Origin: the human T2T-CHM13v2.0 reference genome, Homo sapiens
Length of the DNA: 64,000 bases
Reading direction: 5' to 3' (one strand)
NCBI RefSeq assembly: GCF_009914755.1
Contig: NC_060933.1
Part shown: positions 19,881 through 38,341 of the stretch, piece by piece
Position numbering within the stretch: the first letter of the stretch is position 1
How the letters are laid out: each line of letters begins with the position of its first letter
Notes under the pieces: generated by a model
The model's input: only the letters and a program-made list of their open reading frames with translations
Database searches by the model: none
What the model was told of the DNA's origin: nothing
Program-made: the position numbers and the translations under genes

Positions 19881-20099
19881 GTGATTATTTTTAAATAGGT
19901 ATTGACTGGAAGGGGCATGAAAAGCCTTATACTATGCTGGAGATAGCCTGTATCTTGATCTGGATGGTGATTACACGAGTATATAACCATTAAAAATTAA
20001 TCAAGTGGTATCCTTAAAATCTGTGTACTTTACTGTATGTAAATGATATAACAGCAAAAAATTTAAGTTTAAAAATATGTGTAATGGCAGAAGAAAATC

Positions 20100-21000
20100 T
20101 ACATTAGAAATAACAAAAAACCCTGCACATTACATATAAGACAAACATAAGATGGTTCTGAAAGGCAGAGAGAGAAGCAGAACAGCTAGTGACCTCAGGA
20201 CCCAAGGAGTGAGCAGAGATGAGTCCCCTGGGTTTTTCCTTGCCTCATGTATCACATTGTTGGAGCCAGAGAAGTCAGCAACCTGGAAATGCCAATTGAT
20301 GCAGACCCAAAAATGCTCAAACAAAAGCCAGCTTTCTTCTAGCCAAAGGACCAAAAAGGGCAGCTAATAAGTCAAAAAATTTTTTAAGAAAATACTCACC
20401 AAACACCACAGGAAACCCTGTCGTCCCACCCTCACCCAAATCCATAAAAGACAAGGAGAAAGCCTAGGTTTCTGGGCTGTGATGAGGAACCCCATCCAGC
20501 CCACCCCCGCCAGAGTAGTGCTACAGAAAGCTAAGGAGGGAGCTGGGGATTGCATCATCCCCCACCAGGCAGTAACAATGACCCCATCAGTGTGGTTTCA
20601 GTGGAGACCCTGGACTTCCACCGCCTCTGGCAGTAACGAGGTTCCCCTTTCCCACGTCCACTTGGATCATGTGGAGGAGACCTACCAGAGACTAAGGATT
20701 TTTATCACCTCCCAGTGATGAAATGGGACAAGACCACTCCCCTCCACCCCGTGGTGTCTGTTGAGTCCCCAGTGGGAGCAAGAATAAGGCATTACCCCAC
20801 CCAGCCATGGAGGTTTCCATGGAGGCCTACTAGGGAGCCAGAACTCCCACCCTACAGTGTAGTAACGGAATCCTTCACCTTGGATGTCAACGGAAGCAGA
20901 GTAGGGAACCTGAATGTACACCCCAACTTTGAAAAGCAAAGAAGAGCAGCCTCCTTCCCTTCCAGAGCAGTGTCAGAGAAAGCCAGACCAAAGACAGTTT
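20100..21000 (+). mobile_element. Probable old L1M 5' region with degenerate internal tandem repeats
   Basis: Recurrent CAGTAAC / GTGGAG / GGGA-CC motifs resembling the 5' ends of old L1s. Subfamily uncertain. Confidence 0.4.
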
Positions 21001-21452
21001 AAAAAAAAAAAAAAAAAAAAAAAAACCTTCAAAGTTCAGCAGGAAATTTTGTCAACCTAGAACTCCATGCCCATACAAACTACTAATCCCCTGTGAGAAA
21101 GCAGACATTTTTCAGACATGCGAGAACCCACAGTTTACTTTTTATGTACTCTTTCTGCAGGGGTGCTACTGGGGCTATCTCCTATAAGAACCTGAATATG
21201 TACTCCAGCGAACAAATTAAAGCAAAATGATCACACAGGGCCAGGAAATAGTCAAATCAACCTTGAAAAGTGATGAGAGGACATTCCAGGGTTATAACAA
21301 TAGAGCCAATTTTATAAGGATTTAACAGGAAGGTGGGAGGGAACCATCAGGGGTACAGGGAAGCCTGGAAAAACTGCAAGTATAATTTCAAGTGTGGAAA
21401 AAAATTAAGGATACAATAAAAGCAAATAATGCAAGAGGGAAAAAAAGATTTA

Positions 21453-21804
<352 letters not shown>

Positions 21805-22088
21805 TCAAAAGCCAGATATGGACCTTTATTTTCCAGTCTCAGGCACTTTCTGCACTGCAGGCAGCAGTGCAGACATGGTCAGGTCCGAGAACTATACCAC
21901 ACATAACCAGTTCCAAACAGAAATGGCATCGATAGGCCCTGATCATAAAGATATATTTTAAGCGGGTAGAACCTTAGTTCTTAAGGATCATGCACTTTGC
22001 CAAGAAACACAAGAAGGGTCAAAAGACACAGGCCAATAAAATGAAGACCATCAAGGCCTTTGTCAAGCTCAAGGTCTTGAAGGGCACC

Positions 22089-22824
<736 letters not shown>

Positions 22825-23769
22825 ACCTGAGTCCCAAGCTCAGGAGCCATGCTGATTATAACATCATCAGTTGCCAGGTTCTGCTGGCCAAAAGCTAGCA
22901 CCCAGGCCAAGGCCCCCACAAAGGCTGCAAAGTAGAGGTTTCCATCCTGCCAACATGAGGATGAAAGCACTTGCATGATCTCCTGGGCTGCTCTCTCTAC
23001 AGGGCTAGTGTACAAATAATTTGCTGTTTTGTACAAATATATGCAAACTTATCCATATATGATGCCAAAGACATTTAGCATAATTTTCAATTCTGGATGG
23101 ATTGCAAGAAAAAAATTACTGTGACCCTGATGTTATTAACATTCTCCTTCAAATGGGCTGAAAATGTTATTTTAGCACCCTACCCGATCTAGTGGAGTTA
23201 AATACTTATATTTAAATATTCATAATAACATTCCACTTTTAGAATTAACCAAAAGACAAATCACAGAAGATTTGATTCTGGTCATGGATCAAAATTTCAA
23301 TGACCACATAATGTTAAAGCATAACTTTGAAAAGGTAGAAGGAAGAGCTAGGATAATACCCTTCCCCTTACAAAGTGTGAAATCAAAAGACAGTGTTGAG
23401 GGTTAATGGAACAATAAAGAGGTTTAAGTTAATAACCATTATAAAAATTAAAGTAACACAAAATAGATAAAATATCAGATGAGTAGAAGAGAGAAGTACT
23501 ATAAAGTTACTTGTCTTTCATTTCAAGGAGTTAACAGATACTGTCTAAAGTTAATTAACAGAGAGAGATTTATCTATGGTTATGAGTTAACAACCAGAAA
23601 AACTAAAAATAGGGTCAGTTAATAAGAGTTTGTCTCCAAAGAGTGGGACTAGGGAAGAATAGGGTAGAGGATTGTTGCTTATCACAGGCTCTTATTAAGT
23701 ATTTGATTCGTGACCATATATGTTTGTAACTTTGCATGCACTTGTAACTGATAAAAATAATTTTTAAAG

Positions 23770-24572
<803 letters not shown>

Positions 24573-24793
24573 TAATGGAAGGACAAATGAAAATCTAAAA
24601 TCAAACTCGGTACCTATGTCAGGGAAGGAACACGGTGGTAGGCAGGGATAGAAGTTAGACTTATGAATATGCCTGTTTTGTAGCTTTGGCTTTGAAACAA
24701 TATAAATATTTTAAGTAATTGTTTTAAAAATCAAATTATTTTTAAACAGTAATTCCAACAGATTAAAAGAAAAAATTATAAAAACCTAACTAT

Positions 24794-25100
24794 GGGCCAG
24801 GCACGGTGGCTCCTGCCTGTAATCCCAGCACTTTGGGAGGCCAAAGTGGGCAGATCACTTGAGGTCAGGAGACCAGCCTGGCCAAAAAAGTGAAACCCTG
24901 TCTCTACTAAAAATACAAACATCAGCTGGGCATGGTGGCAGTTACCCGTAGTCCCAGGTACTCAAGAGGCTGAAGCAGGAGAATCACTCGAACACAGGAG
25001 GCAGAAATTGCAGTGAGCCGAAATCGTGCCACTGCACTCCAGCCCAGGCGACCGAGCAAGACCCTGTCTCAAAAAACAAAACAACAACAACAACAAAAAA
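24794..25100 (+). mobile_element. AluS
   Basis: Dimer with (AAC)n tail. Confidence 0.88.
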
Positions 25101-25714
25101 CTAACTTTGTATTGAGTTGGAGACACAACCACAGAAAAAAACCAATTCTACTGACTTTAAAACAGTAATTTGACTACAGTCCCAGTGAAATATACCCTAA
25201 CGACCAAAAGAACTGCCAAGTTTTAAAAAGCCAAAAACATAACTATTTTCAGTAATCGCATTGTTGACGGTAATGTTAGTGCTGCTGTTGAGCTGTCTAG
25301 GTATTGCGGGATAAAGCAAAAGAGTAATGGTGTTGGTGTTGTTGGAAATCAAGACTTTGATATAGGTATGGAAAATTCCAATGTAAAAGTGATGAGGTTA
25401 AATAAAACTGCTATAGTCTAGAACTGGAAAAAGCAATATGAACACATAATGCAATTTACCTTTAAAAACACACACACATATTCCCAAATTCTGACCCCTG
25501 GAGAATCCTAGAAATTATGACTGACCTGGTAGCAAACCCACCCCATCCCCAAAAGTCCTAAATCCCAGGCTGTGATTTCTAATACTATTTCCCACCAAAA
25601 GGAACCAGGACTCCTTAGAGAAACACTGGGTCTGGAGGAGGAAACACAGATGATGAGTCTGGGACACTCTGTCATACCAAAAGGCAAGGGAGCTATTAGA
25701 AACTACTGGGATCC

Positions 25715-26038
<324 letters not shown>

Positions 26039-26093
26039 CTACTGGGATCCTGTTAAAAGGACTTCAGAGTTCACTTGAAATTCCCACTGGACA

Positions 26094-26430
<337 letters not shown>

Positions 26431-27066
26431 TCAGTGAGGACAGTAACTACAGCAGATTGAAATATAGCCAATAAGTTTAAATACATCCATTTAAAGTGAC
26501 ACTCCCCTCTCTCAAAAATTACCTTTTGAAAATGTTTAAAAAATTAATAAAATCAAGCATTTACCCTGCCTTTCCTATATGAACTGTATCTCAGAGCAAC
26601 CAAATGGTTGATATGGAAAAGGTTTCTTTTTACAAGTATCCCAGCTAGTATGAAGAAGAAGTGATAGAAACAAAATATCACCATTTTATAACCTCTAATT
26701 AATGAACAGATCAAAGAGAGATAACCAGACATAATGTACCTCTTGATGGAAGTACCTATCACCACTTTTAAAATATTCTTGCCAAGAAAGTGAACTTGAA
26801 TCTCATCAAGTCACTTAATCCAACTACCAATTTGTAGGAAATAAAGGGGACAGAGGAATACATTAAACAAACCTTAAGGATGCAACGGAAATCATATAGG
26901 ACAAATAACCCAGTTCTTCAAAAAATAAACTGCATGGGGGAAAAAGACAGCAAATATCAACCAATTGCAATGTATGAACTTCGCTGATTCAAACGAATCC
27001 ACCGTTTTTTTTAAATTTGACATAACTGAAAAACTTTGAACACTGACTGGATATTTAATAACATTA

Positions 27067-27368
<302 letters not shown>

Positions 27369-27466
27369 TTAAAAATTAAATTTTTTGGTTAACTTTTTAG
27401 GTGTGAAAATGTTATGTTTTTTAAAAAGAAAAATCTACCTTTTAGAGGCACATATGGAAGTATTTA

Positions 27467-27868
<402 letters not shown>

Positions 27869-28034
27869 CTATAAATAAAACTAGGTAAAACATAAATTAA
27901 GTGTTGAAACTGGTTGATGGGAATTTGGGGGCTCATTATACTATTCTACTTTTATAGATGTTTAAAATTTTCCAAAATAAAGTTTAAAAATAGGTTCAAG
28001 CACCAAGAAGAAAAAGAATAAAAAATCACTTTAA

Positions 28035-28331
28035 GGCCGGGCATGGTGGCTCAAGCCTGTAATCCCAGCACTTCGGGAGGCCGAGGCGGGCGGATCACCT
28101 GAGGTCAGGAGTTTGAGACCAGCCTGGCCAAACTGGAGAAATCCGTCTCTACTAAAAGTACGAAAAATTAGCCGGACATGGTGGCAGGTGCCTGTAATCC
28201 CAGCTACTCAGGAGGCTGAAGCAGAGGAAGCTTGAATCCAGGAGGTAGTAATTGCAGTGAACCAAGATCGTGCCACTGCACTCCAGCCTGGGCGACAAGA
28301 GCAAGGCTCTGTCACACACACACACAAAAAA
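28035..28331 (+). mobile_element. AluS
   Basis: Dimer with a (CA)n-converted tail. Confidence 0.85.
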
Positions 28332-28365
28332 CACTTTAAAAAGACTGAAAAGTAGTACCAGTTAA

Positions 28366-28759
<394 letters not shown>

Positions 28760-29798
28760 GGGACATAAGTGTTCTTAAATGTTATAATTCTAATTGTTTG
28801 CACGCTCATCTTACCTGTCTTAGTAGACTATAGGCTTCCTTTCTTCCCAACCAGCAAGAGCAATAGTGCTTTGTATATATCAGCATCTCAATCTTTCAAA
28901 CAAATTCAGTGAAATACACTACACGTCATCCTAACATTCTTACTGAAAGGAAGCAAATACTTTGGTTTTTAAAAACAAAACCAAAAAAAACTGTAATACT
29001 ATAAAAAGGAACATACTTGCTGTTTTTTAACTTGTTTTTTAACTCCAGGTTGTTCAGACAACTGTGTTTTCTCCTCTCCAAGCAATATTAATGATAGCTG
29101 CCATTTAATAAGCAGTCATATCTCCACTGAGAACTAGGCACAATATCTCTTTTAATTATCACAACAACCCTGTAGGTTAATTTATTAGCTTCCTTCCATA
29201 AATATTATTTTTTTAACCTGAAGCTCAGAAATTTAGAACTCAGAGGGAGAATGTATAGTTCTGGGAACTCAGTACTCCAATGCTCACATACCCCTGGCTC
29301 CTCTCACACCCCGGAGTTCAAGAACTGCCAGCGTGGAGTCAAACAGTATCTTCTCTAGATTGGTTTCCTTCCTTCCATTTATTCATACAGCCTATGCGAG
29401 ATCAATGCAACACCCTCAAACCTTTCCTGTGGCTAAAGTGAATTCAAAAGGTGGTTTTTCTTTTCCCCCTCTCTAAATCTACCATGAACAGATTTGCCTT
29501 CAGCAATTTAGTCCAGCCCACTTCAAGTCTTACTCATTCAATAAAGCACACACATTCACTATGGATCCCTCAAAGATTCCTTCCATTCTCAATGCAGACT
29601 AAAATGCCTTATCCCAATTATAACTTTTCACTTTTCCTCAGAAAAGCAAACATATAACCAGTCCTCACCTCACAAATACTCCATTTGTAACATAACTCTG
29701 CTAACCTTGGCAAGTCATCTTTGATTCTTCTTTTGCCTCTTACGTGTAATTTGTCACCAAGTCTTGTCATTTCTACTTAAAATCTCTCAAAGCCATCC

Positions 29799-30252
<454 letters not shown>

Positions 30253-31689
30253 TGAGCATACATCTGATAAATATCCATAAATTATAATAATGCCTTACTA
30301 TACTAACACATACATTAAAAAATACAAACTTTGAAGGTTGATATAAAAATAAATACAATTTCTAACATATTCTCACGTTCCAATGCGTCATCTTGTAAAA
30401 GCCAGAGATATCACTGTTCTAAACTGCTGCTGCCAGGGTAATCTACCTAAAAACCCAAATCTGATCATAGTACATCCCCAGTTCAACCCTTCAATGGCAT
30501 CATATCCCACTGGCACATGCCTACTTCATCAACTTCCTCTCCTGTAATCTTTATCCTTATATCCTGTATTTCAGCTTTACCTTTTATCTCCCCATGACTT
30601 TTGCATACACAGTTCCCTATATCTGGAATGCCCTTGCCCTCAACAGTTACTGATTTGTACATAACAGTATCTTGAAGAGGGAAACACATTCTAAATGTCA
30701 TAACCAACGTCCAAATGAACTTTTGGAATGTCACCTCTCTTTTCTATAGGAACATATATGTATTTTAACATATCTTTTCTTACTTTATTTGGCTCCTTTT
30801 CAAGTCCTGAATACTCGGAAAGAATGGGTACGGATTCCAATAAAAGTAGAGAACAAAACAACTTCATTTTGTTTATTTTTCTTCCTTGTTTATCTTTCCA
30901 TGTCCCTACAAAGCCCCTTTAAGCAAAAAGGATGTTACGAACCCAGAGATTAGCTCTCCCTAGGGCCAGGAAAAAGGCTGGACCTTTGCAACTGCAACCG
31001 GAACTCCAGCCAGGAACTTACACAGATTTAATAACTCAATGCAAACATACTTTCCTAGAGCAATACTCCAGGTCTTACCTTCTGTTTCAACCTTCCTATC
31101 TGCTGTACAATGCCCTCTAAGTTGACTACAATGGCTAAGAAAAGAGTGATGGAGTAGCACCAACATGTTTTCCAGAAAAGTCATGAAAATTCAAGTGGCT
31201 GACTCTGAGCACTAACGATGGAGAGCTTGGTCTTCAAAGAGACTTTTATTCCACCACTCCAAGTCTCTCTACATTCTCCTTTGGGGACAGGGAGGACAGC
31301 ACTGTGGCGGAGAAAGGGAAGAGGGGAATAGGCATTAGAGGAAGAAGGCCTGGAAGGAAGTCACATTCCAATTCTTGGTCTCATCACAAAGCAGAGAGAT
31401 ACGTTAGTTGTGCTATACAACAGGCCTCAAGAAAAAGCAAACTTTTTGTGTATTTTGGCAATGGGATCCTTTAAACAAACTGGAGCAGAGCTATCATAAG
31501 CCAACACTGCTCCTCTATTCTTGAAATGAGATCGGTTTATCCTCACTTTCAAGTCATATAACTTCCACTTGTCTTCCTTTGGTAATCCCCCTCCATTCTC
31601 CAAATCTCCCCTTTCTTTCAGTTCAAGTTCCAACCTCTTCCTAGAAACCTATCTCCGTCTACACTGATCTTTTCTATGTAACTCATTTG

Positions 31690-32575
<886 letters not shown>

Positions 32576-34165
32576 TGTTGTAATCTTATAAGATTCACAT
32601 ACTATAAAATTTCGTATCTTAAACAGTTTTCAGATTACCACAACCTACAAGGCCCTGTCCAGGGTCTCTCCCTCTGACCTCACCACAAGCCTCTCTGCCA
32701 TCAGTCACTACTCAAACCCACTGGCCTTCTGTCCGTTCCTGAAATATGCCTAGGGTTTTCTTGCCTCAAGGCCTGGAATAAAAAGTCTTGCCTAGTCTCT
32801 TTAGATGACTAATACCTCCTCATCCTTTAAGTCTCAGCTCAAATGTCATCTCCACAGTGAGGCCTTCCCTCGCCACTCTATCTAAAATAGGACAGTCGCT
32901 CCCATCATTTTCTCTGAGGCAACTCATGTGCTTCCTTTATAGAACATCCACATAGCTTTATGTGAATTCACCTGGTTTTTTTAATGTCAGGTCCACAAGA
33001 CTGTATGCACCGTGAGGAGTGAATCTGTATTATTCACCATCGTAATTCCCAATGTCTAACACAATTCCTGGCATTTAAGTGCCAGGAATAAATGGTAATA
33101 TTTTTATTTCCCTAATATGCCACGTCCTCATATGTACTGCTCCCTCTGCTGATACCACCACCATCACTACTGCCTCTACTCCCTCTGCTAACCACCCCTA
33201 CCTATCTCTCAGCTGAAACATGATCCCCTTGGTGAAGGCTTCCTTTCCTGACCCTCCCTCCTCCCCAGAAGACAGTCTCTCCTTCACTTACTCACCTATT
33301 CGTCACCAGCGGCATCTCCACCATTGCAATTAACTTATACTGTATTATACTTGTGTTTTGTTTTTTTTGTTGTTTTGTTTTGTTTTGGTGGGGAGGGAGT
33401 CTGGAAGGGATTGTTTTTGTTTTACATTTGTGTCCACTACTTTAGAAAGCCTTAAAGAAAAATATTTGTTCATCTTTGTGTCCCCAGTACTTAGCACACT
33501 GCCAGGCACAGTATTGCCACTAATTATGATAATAATGGCTAACATTTATTGTTTAATATGTGCTTAATCTTCTTAGTTCTACAGTAGGTAAATGGATGAA
33601 TAAATGGATAAATTTCTTGGTCACTAACCTCACAGAGGTCACAGTTTGACAGGGACAGAAGACAGGTATACAGGCTAATGTAGAATAATCACCACCACAA
33701 GGCCAAATTAGTTGCCCTGCCCTGTTCCTATGCCTCAAGTCTTAGAGTATGCTTTTCTCTGAGTCCATAAATGTCACGTTTCTTCAAACTCACTTAGAAA
33801 ACTTCCTTCGATTACTTACAGCCCACTTCCTGCACTTGGTGCCTGGAAGCAATTTCTAGGATGTCACCACAAGCAATATTAAACTGCCACATAGTTTCCT
33901 GCTGTGTGTCTGCATTATCAGTTAAATTGCTTCATATTAACCACATTCCAGTCCACTGGGATCATTCAAACACTAAATAAGATTTAAAAATACCTGTTGA
34001 AGATTGTCAGTTACCACTGCTCCTTTTATTCTTCTAGATAAATGTCCATACAGATGTAACATTTAGGTTTCCAGGGTGCTACCTGCATACTGGTGACCTT
34101 CTCTTTTTTTGTCCATTAAATGTTGATTTGAGGCAAGACAATGTTCCTTTATTAAAATAAACATG

Positions 34166-34475
<310 letters not shown>

Positions 34476-37400
34476 ACTAAATAATCTAGTAAAAGGCCTG
34501 CGTAAACCATATAATTTGCCTTAGAAATTTATAAAATATAAAACTTTTCTTCCTCAAGGGTTTTTTTTTTAACTCGATAAACACTCAACTCGGTCTTAAT
34601 TAGAATCTTAATATAGATCCTAATGTATTTCTTAAATGCGTTCCATGAACTCTTCTCAAACAACCATGTGCCAGGCATTGAGTCTGACACAGGGAACTCA
34701 AAGATAAATAAGACAGTCCTTCCTCTCAAGAAGTTTATGTCCAGCATGGTACGGGACACAGACAAGAAACGAGATTCAGTATTGTGACTGCAATAAACAC
34801 AAGGGGCCACAGAAACACGGATGAAGGGCACCTGGCCTAGACTGGAACAGGAGGGGGTGGGGGTGGCAACAGGAAACTGGCATCAAGGCAGGCGTCTGGG
34901 GGATGGCATCTGATCTTAGGCCTATAAACTCCCATTCTCTCATTTGAAAAATGTGGTTAATAAATAGCATCGCCACCACTGGACAGTAGTGAGGGTTTCA
35001 TGAAATGGTTCACATTAAGGATTTCCACGGTACCTGACAGAGATTGTGTTCAACCAGGCTTAAACTTAAAAGAGAAGTCTGATCAAACACGAAATCTCAA
35101 CACCTGTGCCTAGCAACTCACGTGCTTTACCACTGATCACACAACAGACACCAGCTTCACAATTACACACAATATTGTTTTAAATCAACTTTTATTTTTT
35201 AATAATGAGACAATGTTAAGCCCTACTCTGCATGTTAACAGCCTAATTCCTTGGTCATTAAAATTTTCTTCTCCATTACCTTAAACATACCTTTCTCTGA
35301 CATTTCTAATATACAGTAATGTTCTTAGTCTTTTGATACAGAAGGTGAAAAAAAAGAAAAAAACCTAACAATTACTGAGTTTTTAACATGGACCTGACAT
35401 TTACATTGATACTGTGTTCAATGCTCATAATAACCCTACAACCTGGACACAGTCCTCCCCATTTTACCTTCAGGGAAACTGAGGTTGAAAAGGCAGTCTG
35501 TGTAAAGTTTCATAATTAGCATTAAAAAGAGCTGGAATTTGAACCTAGACCTGATTCCACCTAGTCAACTGACTTGCTGCATCAGAGATAAGCAAGAGAA
35601 AACAAAAGGAACCCCTCCCCCTTGTCCCTACCTCCAAGACTGTCCTATTCAATGGAACCTGCACACTTAGATTTCACCACAGCCAGGAGAACATCTTGAA
35701 TGCCCTGCCAGGAGGGAAAGCCAGCCAGTAGTAACCAAAGCTCTGTCTTCTCCAACAACTAGAGGAGCACTTAAGTGGGTAATTTCCTGTCCATCCCCAT
35801 TCCTAGCTACAGGCAGAAGTTGCATAATCAACAGTCACTATAAATCACAACTACTTTTCATAACTTCTCTCTTCATATTCTCTTTCGGTTTCACCACAAG
35901 CTAACATATTTCCCAAGCCTAAGTTTTTATCACAGAGTAGTCTAGTTTCAAGATCAATAAGGCTATTCTTCATACTCATTTCACGCTTAATACAATTCCA
36001 TGCCTTAGTAAATTCCCTAACCCAAGTGCTCAGAATTAGCGATGGGTTCCACAAAACACATTTGAGAAATGTATTTGTCAACCTGCTACCTTGGAGAGCA
36101 ACAGAGAGATTTGATGGCTAGCCATCTGAACTTTTACTTGCTGGATTTTAATACTGGTTCTGACACTCACTGCTTCATGTCAGGCAAGTTTCTGAACTTT
36201 TCTGTAACAAGAAGGGTAAGTGTCCTCACGCATACTCTGCAACTCTAAGTTGGCTTCTGGAAAGTGTTTCTAAGTGCTATTGAAATCCAAGTTTACAACT
36301 CTTACTTGGAAGCAGGAGCTAAACTTGAGTGCCTCTTTAATCCCAATGTTTCACAAACGACATCTTTTTACCTCCCAAGCCTCTCAAGCTCTTGTTTGGA
36401 GCATGCTTCTAACTTTTTTCTCATTTCCACAAAAATAAAGATTTAACAGAGTGTTCATGCGACTCTTCCATTTTCATTACCATAAGCAAACTTTTCTAGT
36501 TTCATTCAGCAGATGTCTCAAGGCTGCTGCAGCGCATCTCATACATATTTTGTAAATGAGAAGCCTAACCACACGGGGGACTGCAAGGCTGGGCAAGGGT
36601 CACACTGCACGGGCATCACCTGGACATGAGATGCAATGTTTGAATAATTATTAGTTTCACCCTTAAGGCCCTTCTCCTTTCAAACTTCCCTAGTACAATT
36701 CTCAAAATGCTGAAATAAACACATTCCACAAACTTTCTTGTAAGAGGGTTTAAAGTGTCCTAGGAAAGTTGTTTTACAGAAAAGCCTATGCTGTCAACTT
36801 TGCTTTTTAATGCCCTTAAACAATTCTATTAGTCACAGAGGAAAAAGTGAACATTTGTTAGTAATTAGAGATAAAACATCTCCAGTTCTGGGGCAGAGGA
36901 AGGGAGAGGCCACAAGAGGACCTGGCTGGGAGGGGAGATAGAGTCGAAAGCCACACACCCAAATTGGACCGCTTAGGAGTTGCACTTTCCAAAGTCAACT
37001 TCTAAGTCTACAAGGACAGCAACAATGTTTCAGTGGATTCTGAAGTTACATGTATCAACAATTTCCCCGGAAAGCTAACCCTCCACCGGGAACTCCAGGT
37101 GAATGAATGAGTGAGGGAATTCGCCAGATTGAGTTACAAAGCCTTTCCAACGATTATCAAGAGCAGGTGCTCGGTTACAACACAGAGGTATCCTCCTTCA
37201 CAGCCTTTGGACCTTGCTGCGTGGAGATTTTCACAGATAAGAGGGGGGAAATAGAGAGACAGGCCTTCCTCCCCGGCCATCCACACCTTAGGTGGCCACA
37301 CCATGAGCGGCCCCTCCCTCTAAGAACCTCACGCGACTTCTGTGGGGGCCGCAGGCCTCAAGCGGCCAGGCTGCAACCTCTCCGGACCTGCCAACTTTCA

Positions 37401-37615
37401 GGGGCGCCCCAAACATGCCCAAACATGGGGAGGTGCTTCCGGGGCTTTCCCACTCCCCTTCCCCACAGTTGAAGGACCATTTTCAGGGGCTCTCCGTAAA
37501 CCCGGGGAGGGGGCCGCCCTGTAATCTCAGCTGTTCCGACCCCCAGGTGAGGAGGGGACACCTGACCCCCGGCGCCCTGCCACCCCGCGCGCACCCCGCC
37601 CCCGCGCCTCCCTGG

Positions 37616-37629
37616 ATCGCCATAGCAAC
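37616..37629. promoter_or_regulatory. RFX X-box-like site at the start of intron 1
   Basis: ATCGCCATAGCAAC versus consensus GTTGCCATGGCAAC. Confidence 0.45.
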
Positions 37630-37774
37630 CGTCCCCCTCCCCGCGTGCCGGCGTCACGCGGGGCGCCCCTCTGGTCTCGGCAACAAGTCCCCCGCGCGGC
37701 CCGCGGCCTGCAGCCCTGGCCCGGCCTCGCCGCCCCGCGCCCGGCCCGGCTCCGCCCGGCCCGGCCGCACTCAC

Positions 37775-37791
37775 TTGATCCTGGAGCCCAT
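37775..37791 (-). CDS. DENND1A: DENND1A coding part of exon 1 (ATG GGC TCC AGG ATC AA|, MGSRIK, phase-2 intron)
   Basis: Minus strand reads ggggaccATGGGCTCCAGGATCAA|GTGAGT: strong Kozak context, consensus donor at 37774-37769, inside a CpG island. MGSRIK matches the DENND1A N-terminus as I recall it. Confidence 0.9.
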
Positions 37792-37810
37792 GGTCCCCAG
37801 GCCTCCTCAT
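37775..37810 (-). CDS. Out-of-frame overlapping uORF (MRRPGDHGLQDQ...)
   Basis: ATG at 37810 lies 19 nt upstream of the main ATG in weak context (cccATGa) and is open to the exon end. Confidence 0.45.
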
Positions 37811-37881
37811 GGGCCCGCGGGCCCCGCTCGGCGCTGCGCTGCCCGCCCGCCCGCGGCCGACCGGCCTCCCTCTGGCGCTCT

Positions 37882-37903
37882 CCCCGCCCCTTCCTCCCTT
37901 CCC
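37882..37903 (-). other. Predicted G-quadruplex in the 5'UTR
   Basis: Minus strand GGGaaGGGaggaaGGGGcGGGG fits G3+N1-7 x4. Confidence 0.6.
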
Positions 37904-37963
37904 TCAGGCTGGGGCCCGCCCGCTCGAGGCTCGCTCCCTCGCCGCCGCCGCCGCCTCCAGGGG

Positions 37964-37996
37964 TTAATGTACTCGCTCCAGCCCGGCGAACGCCAT
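37964..37996 (-). CDS. uORF1, 10 aa MAFAGLERVH*
   Basis: gcgaccATGGcg (A at -3, G at +4), TAA stop at 37966-37964. It is the tail of the track ORF 37964..38404. Confidence 0.6.
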   Translation of the reverse strand: MAFAGLERVH

Positions 37997-38086
37997 GGTC
38001 GCCGGCGCGCGTGCCCGGCGCGCGCCGCCCCCTCCGCCTCTCACCACCGCCCCTCCCGCCCGCGCTGCCGCCGCCGCTGCCCGCTG

Positions 38087-38107
38087 GGGCTGCTGGGAAG
38101 TGTAGTC
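38087..38107 (-). promoter_or_regulatory. ZNF143/THAP11-type (SBS) motif
   Basis: Minus strand GACTACACTTCCCAGCAGCCC matches ACTACAnnTCCCAG. Confidence 0.7.
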
Positions 38108-38114
38108 CGCTCGC

Positions 38115-38150
38115 GGGGGCGGGGCCGTGGCCGGTGGGGGCGGGGCGGGA
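38115..38150. promoter_or_regulatory. GC boxes (Sp/KLF)
   Basis: Repeated GGGGCGGGG motifs just upstream of the putative TSS. Confidence 0.7.
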
Positions 38151-38325
38151 GCGCGGTCACCCGCACGTCTCCCAGGGCGCGGGCCCCGGAGGACTCTGGC
38201 GTTCCGTTGCAGGCCCTTACACATCTGCACCCCACTGCGCCCCGCTGGAAACCTCCACTCACAGCCGCCCTGAAGAGACCCTAATCCTCTCATGGAGACC
38301 CCAAGCCCTCCCGATGAAACCGCCA

Positions 38326-38341
38326 CCAATCCTCCCATTGG
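38326..38341. promoter_or_regulatory. Paired CCAAT / ATTGG boxes
   Basis: CCAAT at 38326-38330 and ATTGG at 38337-38341. Confidence 0.35.

Larger units (their letters stand above)
37792..38030 (-). other. DENND1A: DENND1A 5'UTR (TSS position approximate)
   Basis: GC-rich sequence between the main ATG and the promoter motifs at 38087-38150. The exact TSS cannot be read from sequence. Confidence 0.65.
37300..38300. promoter_or_regulatory. CpG island spanning the promoter and exon 1
   Basis: Very high GC and CpG density compared with CpG-depleted flanks. Confidence 0.95.

Noticed and set aside
20480-20990. Spaced recurring motifs superficially like a repeat-spacer (CRISPR-like) array
   Set aside because: The motifs are degenerate and irregularly spaced, the DNA is primate with no cas genes, and an old L1 5' tandem region explains them better.
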